DNA of 64,000 nt from Pseudomonadales bacterium. Its GTDB lineage: Bacteria; Pseudomonadota; Gammaproteobacteria; Pseudomonadales; Azotimanducaceae. The notes below the pieces were generated by a model. The model had not been told where the DNA came from and did no database searches. It was given only the letters and a program-made list of their open reading frames with translations. The position numbers were made by a program, and so were the translations under genes. The stretch spans positions 14,883-78,882 of the forward strand of contig JAKUTH010000004.1 in the NCBI GenBank assembly GCA_022448085.1, read 5' to 3'. The first letter of the stretch is position 1; the number at the start of each line of letters is the position of its first letter. This document shows positions 60,413 to 64,000 of this stretch, in pieces.

Positions 60413-60598
60413 CGCAATCGAACTCCATCCCAGAAGGTCCGGGCACACCGAACGGAAACTTCATGATTACTGCTTGCACCGTCCCACCACAAGCCCGTTG
60501 TCAAAAAACATTGGCGCAAGAAACCCATCATCGAAGTTCTATGTCCGATCGGTTATCCGAACTAGACGCATTAACTTCAGCGCGGCAAGATAGACGCT

Positions 60599-61690
60599 AT
60601 GTACGCACATACCCACTATCCCCTTCGCGAGGGTCTTATCGAAGCCCACGAGAAGGTCTGGGAAAGCATCGCAGAACCGGGCCCGTTTTGGACCGGGACG
60701 GAACGAATCGCGATGGTGTTGGAATCGCGTGCCGCGACGAGTTGTCGTTTGTGTGCGAAACGCCGTCAAGCACTCTCGCCCTACGCCGTAGACGGGGTGC
60801 ACGATAACGAGACGGACTTAGACGCCGTGATCGTCGATATGATTCACCGGATTCGATCGGATCCTGGTCGTATCACGCGAACCATGTTCGATCAGGTCAT
60901 GACCGCTGGTTTCACACCCGAGCACTACATCGAAATCGTAGGTGTGGTGAACTCCTCGGTCATCATCGACACGTTACACGCTGCGTTGGGCCTCCCTCTG
61001 GCCGAGCTCCCCACACCGCAACCCGACGCACCCACGGGACAGCCCCCTGCCAATGTGACGGATGGAGGCGCTTGGGTTCCTATCGCGGTCGGTAACGAAC
61101 GACCCGGTATGATTAACGGACTCAGCGACAACCGCGAGCCCAACATTGCGCGTTCCATGGGACTCGTGCCGAGCGCCGTGCAACTCTTCTTCACGGCGTT
61201 TCGACCCCATTACGCATTGCAGAACATCCCCCTCGATCTGAAGCAATCTCAGGCAGAATTCATCGCGTCCCGCGTTTCCGCACTGAACCAGTGTTTTTAC
61301 TGAACCACCTCACATGCGATGCTGCTCCGGGCGAGCGGCCAGCCAGACCAAAAAGACTATGATTTGAATTCAGTCACCGACGACCATGTCGACTCGGGCG
61401 TTGATTTTGGTCATTGGCTCAGGTCCCTGACCGAAGCAGCCATTCAAAACCGATGGGATGACCTCGCAACCATTCGCGATCAAGCAGGCGCGGCTATGGG
61501 CACGCAATCCATGGTGGATGCACTTGTGGTTGCGTCGGGCTTCAACGGAATCACTCGGGTTGCAGACGCGACCGGCATTCCACTCGATGAGAACACCCAG
61601 CAAATGACCGTCGACATGCGTGAATCGACGGGGATCGAACGATTCAACTACACCGAAAAATCGGACCGGTACGACCTCGTCACGACTTGA
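60599..61690 (+). CDS. two-domain AhpD/carboxymuconolactone-decarboxylase (CMD) family protein, probable selenoprotein (TGA 61301-61303 read as Sec)
   Basis: Track ORFs 60599..61303 and 61319..61690 share one frame and are separated only by TGA plus 5 sense codons. The joined sequence ...SALNQCFY[TGA]TTSHAMLLR... reproduces the CxxCxxxH AhpD-core motif. The downstream part continues the CMD fold (FNGITRVADATGIPLDE). Confidence 0.65.
61321..61343 (+). promoter_or_regulatory. candidate bacterial SECIS hairpin
   Basis: The hairpin is GCUG-CU-CCG[GGCGAG]CGG-C-CAGC. It starts 20 nt after the U of the UGA, and the apical loop starts with GG about 29 nt downstream. Hand-folded only. Confidence 0.4.
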
Positions 61691-62450
61691 CCACGTATCG
61701 CCGTTGAAGCTCTTCGAGGTCTCGCGCATTGAGGCCTAGTCCACGTTCCAGATATCCATCGATCGAGCCGTGCAGTTTTTCCATCACACGAAAAGCAGCC
61801 CTCAAATACTCGATGCGAACGCCGGCGACGGATTTGATCGTCTCGATTTCAGGACTCAACGAGCCGTAGTATTGTCGAATGCGAGGAAGGATAAAACCCT
61901 CGAAATCTATAACGGTGTTGGTCAACAAGTAGTCTTCCTCAACGTTCTCGCGATTGACGCCAAGTGATGCAAGAATCATCGCAACTGCGAGACCCGTTCG
62001 ATCCTTCCCTGCTGTGCAGTGGACCAAAAATCCCCCGTCACGAGTGTCCAACAGTGTTGCAAATACCTTGTGATAGTTCTTGGTGTGGTCGCGGACAAGA
62101 TCCTCATTAATCGCCATCATAAAATTCATTCGCTGATCTTCAGTCGGCGGACGGCTCCGTAGCACCTGCCGCATCGATGGAGCGCTACCAGGGTCTATCG
62201 AAACGACTGTTCGTCTCGGATTTTCAGGCGGCAAGGGGGTCGGATCGTCCGCCCGCTCGTCAGCTCGGCGCAAGTCACATATGTGCCGAATATCCAATTC
62301 GTTAAACGTCGCAAGTCCGGTCGGCGTTACATTGGAAAGTGTTCCACATCGAAACAGTTTGCCCTCGACCACGCAGCCCCCCGCGACCGTCGGGTAGCCA
62401 CCGAAGTCCCGAAAATTCACGCCGCCTTCGATATCGATAATTTCTGGCAT
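61680..62450 (-). CDS. protein-tyrosine phosphatase-like protein (Y_phosphatase3 type)
   Basis: 256 aa with a CX5R P-loop (HCTAGKDRTG) and an NFRDFGG N-terminus. Confidence 0.85.
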   Translation of the reverse strand: MPEIIDIEGGVNFRDFGGYPTVAGGCVVEGKLFRCGTLSNVTPTGLATFNELDIRHICDLRRADERADDPTPLPPENPRRTVVSIDPGSAPSMRQVLRSRPPTEDQRMNFMMAINEDLVRDHTKNYHKVFATLLDTRDGGFLVHCTAGKDRTGLAVAMILASLGVNRENVEEDYLLTNTVIDFEGFILPRIRQYYGSLSPEIETIKSVAGVRIEYLRAAFRVMEKLHGSIDGYLERGLGLNARDLEELQRRYVVKS

Positions 62451-62544
62451 TCGTTAGGTCACTAGCAGGTCATTGAAGTTACTGGGAGAGGCGAGCTCCA
62501 CTTATCGTATACAAGGCCGCTGTCGATATTGGCAACCAGGTAAA

Positions 62545-63651
62545 CTACGGGCGAATTTCGTAGTAGCTATTGACCGACGTCCCAAATTCCAACCGTTCAA
62601 AGCCCGAGAACCCCGCGGTTTCGGTCATGTCTCTGGCTACCTGCTCATTAAATCCTAAAGTGCCCAACCCAGCCCCGTCAGGCGTGGACATACTCGAAGA
62701 CATGCAAATCATTAGTGAGAAACCATAGAACAGCCCCGCGCTGGGATTTTCCGTCAAATTCTCTGCGAACGTCGGAAGGCTTCGAATATCCGAACAAAGC
62801 CACGTTCCATCAGCTTTAAGACAACCGTAGACATCGGCGATAAGCCTTTCGGGATAAGGCGCGTCATGAACGACATCGAACGTAGTAACGAAGTCGATAC
62901 TACCGTCGCGAGGGAGAGGCTCCACCGTTGGGTTGACGAAGCGAACATTTTTCAGTTCGGTTTCCATCAGGTGGGCGTGTGCATTGGCTAACGCATGTTC
63001 GGACGTGTCATAGCCAACGAACTCAGATGCAGGGAATGCCTCCGCCATGACGAGAATCGCTTGGCCCGCTCCACAACCAACGTCCGCAACGCGTGCGCCC
63101 GACGTCAGCTTTTCAGTAACTCCGTCCAGGGAAGGCAGAATGTTTTGAACCAATTCGTTCCTCGGGACGTAGTTGTTGAGGCGCTCAATTCCGCACGCAC
63201 ATGCTTCGCCTTGGTCGTCATAACTCAGTCCTAAACCGGTGCGGAACGCATCGCCCAATTTCGGCACTGCATCGTGCGTCGCAACAACGGCTTCAAATCC
63301 GCCCGCGAAATAAAAGGGATTTTCGTCATCGCAAAGGACGATGGCAGCCTCAGGCGAAAGGCTGAAAGAATCATCGTCAGCGGAATATTCAATTTGTCCG
63401 ACGCATGCCTGATGCCGTAGCCATTCGCGCAACCAGCGTTCGTGAAGGCCGGTACACTCCGCAAATTCGGTGCTCGTCACCGGCCCTTCGTCTCTTAGTT
63501 GACGATATAGACCCATCTTGTCCCCAACGTACGACAAGCTGCAGTTAAAGCCAGCCATGACTTGCTGACTTACCTGCTTGACGTAGGTTTCTAGTTTTTC
63601 TCGATCTACCTGTGTCGCTTCCGCCATAAGAGTGTCTCCTGGTCGATACAC
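62545..63651 (-). CDS. class I SAM-dependent methyltransferase
   Basis: 368 aa with the motif I VADVGCGAGQ, preceded by an N-terminal helical (winged-helix-like) region. Confidence 0.8.
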   Translation of the reverse strand: MYRPGDTLMAEATQVDREKLETYVKQVSQQVMAGFNCSLSYVGDKMGLYRQLRDEGPVTSTEFAECTGLHERWLREWLRHQACVGQIEYSADDDSFSLSPEAAIVLCDDENPFYFAGGFEAVVATHDAVPKLGDAFRTGLGLSYDDQGEACACGIERLNNYVPRNELVQNILPSLDGVTEKLTSGARVADVGCGAGQAILVMAEAFPASEFVGYDTSEHALANAHAHLMETELKNVRFVNPTVEPLPRDGSIDFVTTFDVVHDAPYPERLIADVYGCLKADGTWLCSDIRSLPTFAENLTENPSAGLFYGFSLMICMSSSMSTPDGAGLGTLGFNEQVARDMTETAGFSGFERLEFGTSVNSYYEIRP

Positions 63652-63737
63652 AAAGATGCTAACCCATGGAACCGCTTCTCGACTCTATCTCTCAACGTAT
63701 TAGTTATCACGACGCCGGAGGGTCTCCCCTATAGAAG

Positions 63738-64000
63738 TCAACCGTCGAGCATATAACTGCCTGTCGCTTCAACGACGATGGTGTCGTTGTCTTGCCGGAA
63801 AACCTTGCCTTCAATCAGGACCACTCGGCCTTTACGTCGCAACAGTCGACCCTCGAGCCGCACCGGCGTGCCGACCGGAAGAGGTTGGCGATACCGGACT
63901 TCTGCTCGCGCGGTGAAACAACGCTCGCCCTGTAGATAGAGCCAGTTGGCCATGACGTCATCAAGCAGACAAAACAAAATGCCTCCGTGAACGACCCCGT
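63738..64000 (-). CDS. PaaI/hotdog-fold thioesterase (5' end beyond the right edge)
   Basis: The ORF stays open to the window end. It reads ...GVVHGGILFCLLDDVMA... plus a hotdog strand pattern. Confidence 0.7.
   Translation of the reverse strand, partial: GVVHGGILFCLLDDVMANWLYLQGERCFTARAEVRYRQPLPVGTPVRLEGRLLRRKGRVVLIEGKVFRQDNDTIVVEATGSYMLDG

Noticed and set aside
1-64000. CRISPR arrays, rRNA, transposases, toxin-antitoxin or other defence modules.
   Set aside because: I found no repeat-spacer periodicity, no rRNA-like stretches and no ORFs with transposase, integrase or nuclease-defence signatures on either strand. Intergenic spaces are almost all under 300 bp.

Overview
A densely packed, housekeeping-type chromosomal segment with moderate GC by eye and many 4-nt ATGA/GTGA/TTGA start-stop overlaps. 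I found no rRNA, CRISPR array, transposase, integrase or recognisable defence genes. The backbone block FmdB-like/aspS/yebC/ruvCAB/tolQRAB/pal/cpoB/queE/queC/tRNA-Lys has the order I recall from Pseudomonas. From this I infer a Pseudomonadales-like, probably marine and streamlined, gammaproteobacterium. The rest is metabolism and transport:
- acyl-CoA metabolism: enoyl-CoA hydratases, a PrpE-like ligase, a CaiB-family transferase, a split biotin carboxylase cluster and a DUF35/thiolase pair
- amino-acid metabolism: argC, an AspB-type aminotransferase, hisC, metR, metY, a MetZ-like paralog and purC
- tRNA-related genes: proS, aspS, queCE, miaE and a TrmY-like SPOUT gene
- transporters: MFS, GPH, an ABCB exporter, an AI-2E family protein and a GldA/GldF-GldG/DUF4340 set

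Several longest-ORF calls in the track are over-extended at the 5' end (queE, GPH transporter, prpE-like, ABCB exporter, biotin carboxylase, hisC, metY, one SDR). I trimmed them to starts that fit family N-termini and neighbour stop codons.

The best-supported unusual item is a two-domain AhpD/CMD-family protein (60599..61690). An in-frame TGA sits exactly at the second Cys of its CxxCxxxH active-site motif, with a SECIS-like hairpin downstream. This is a probable selenoprotein that the ORF track splits in two.

Other candidates worth a look:
- an archaeal-type TrmY/DUF358 methyltransferase wedged between tRNA-Lys and queC
- a carboxylesterase-MiaE-GT2 coupled trio
- a split BC/BCCP/hydratase/CT carboxylase cluster preceded by an unassigned 300 bp
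- a fused GldF-GldG ABC system

I do not see evidence for a large novel multi-gene system. All functional calls rest on motif and family recognition by eye, not on database searches.
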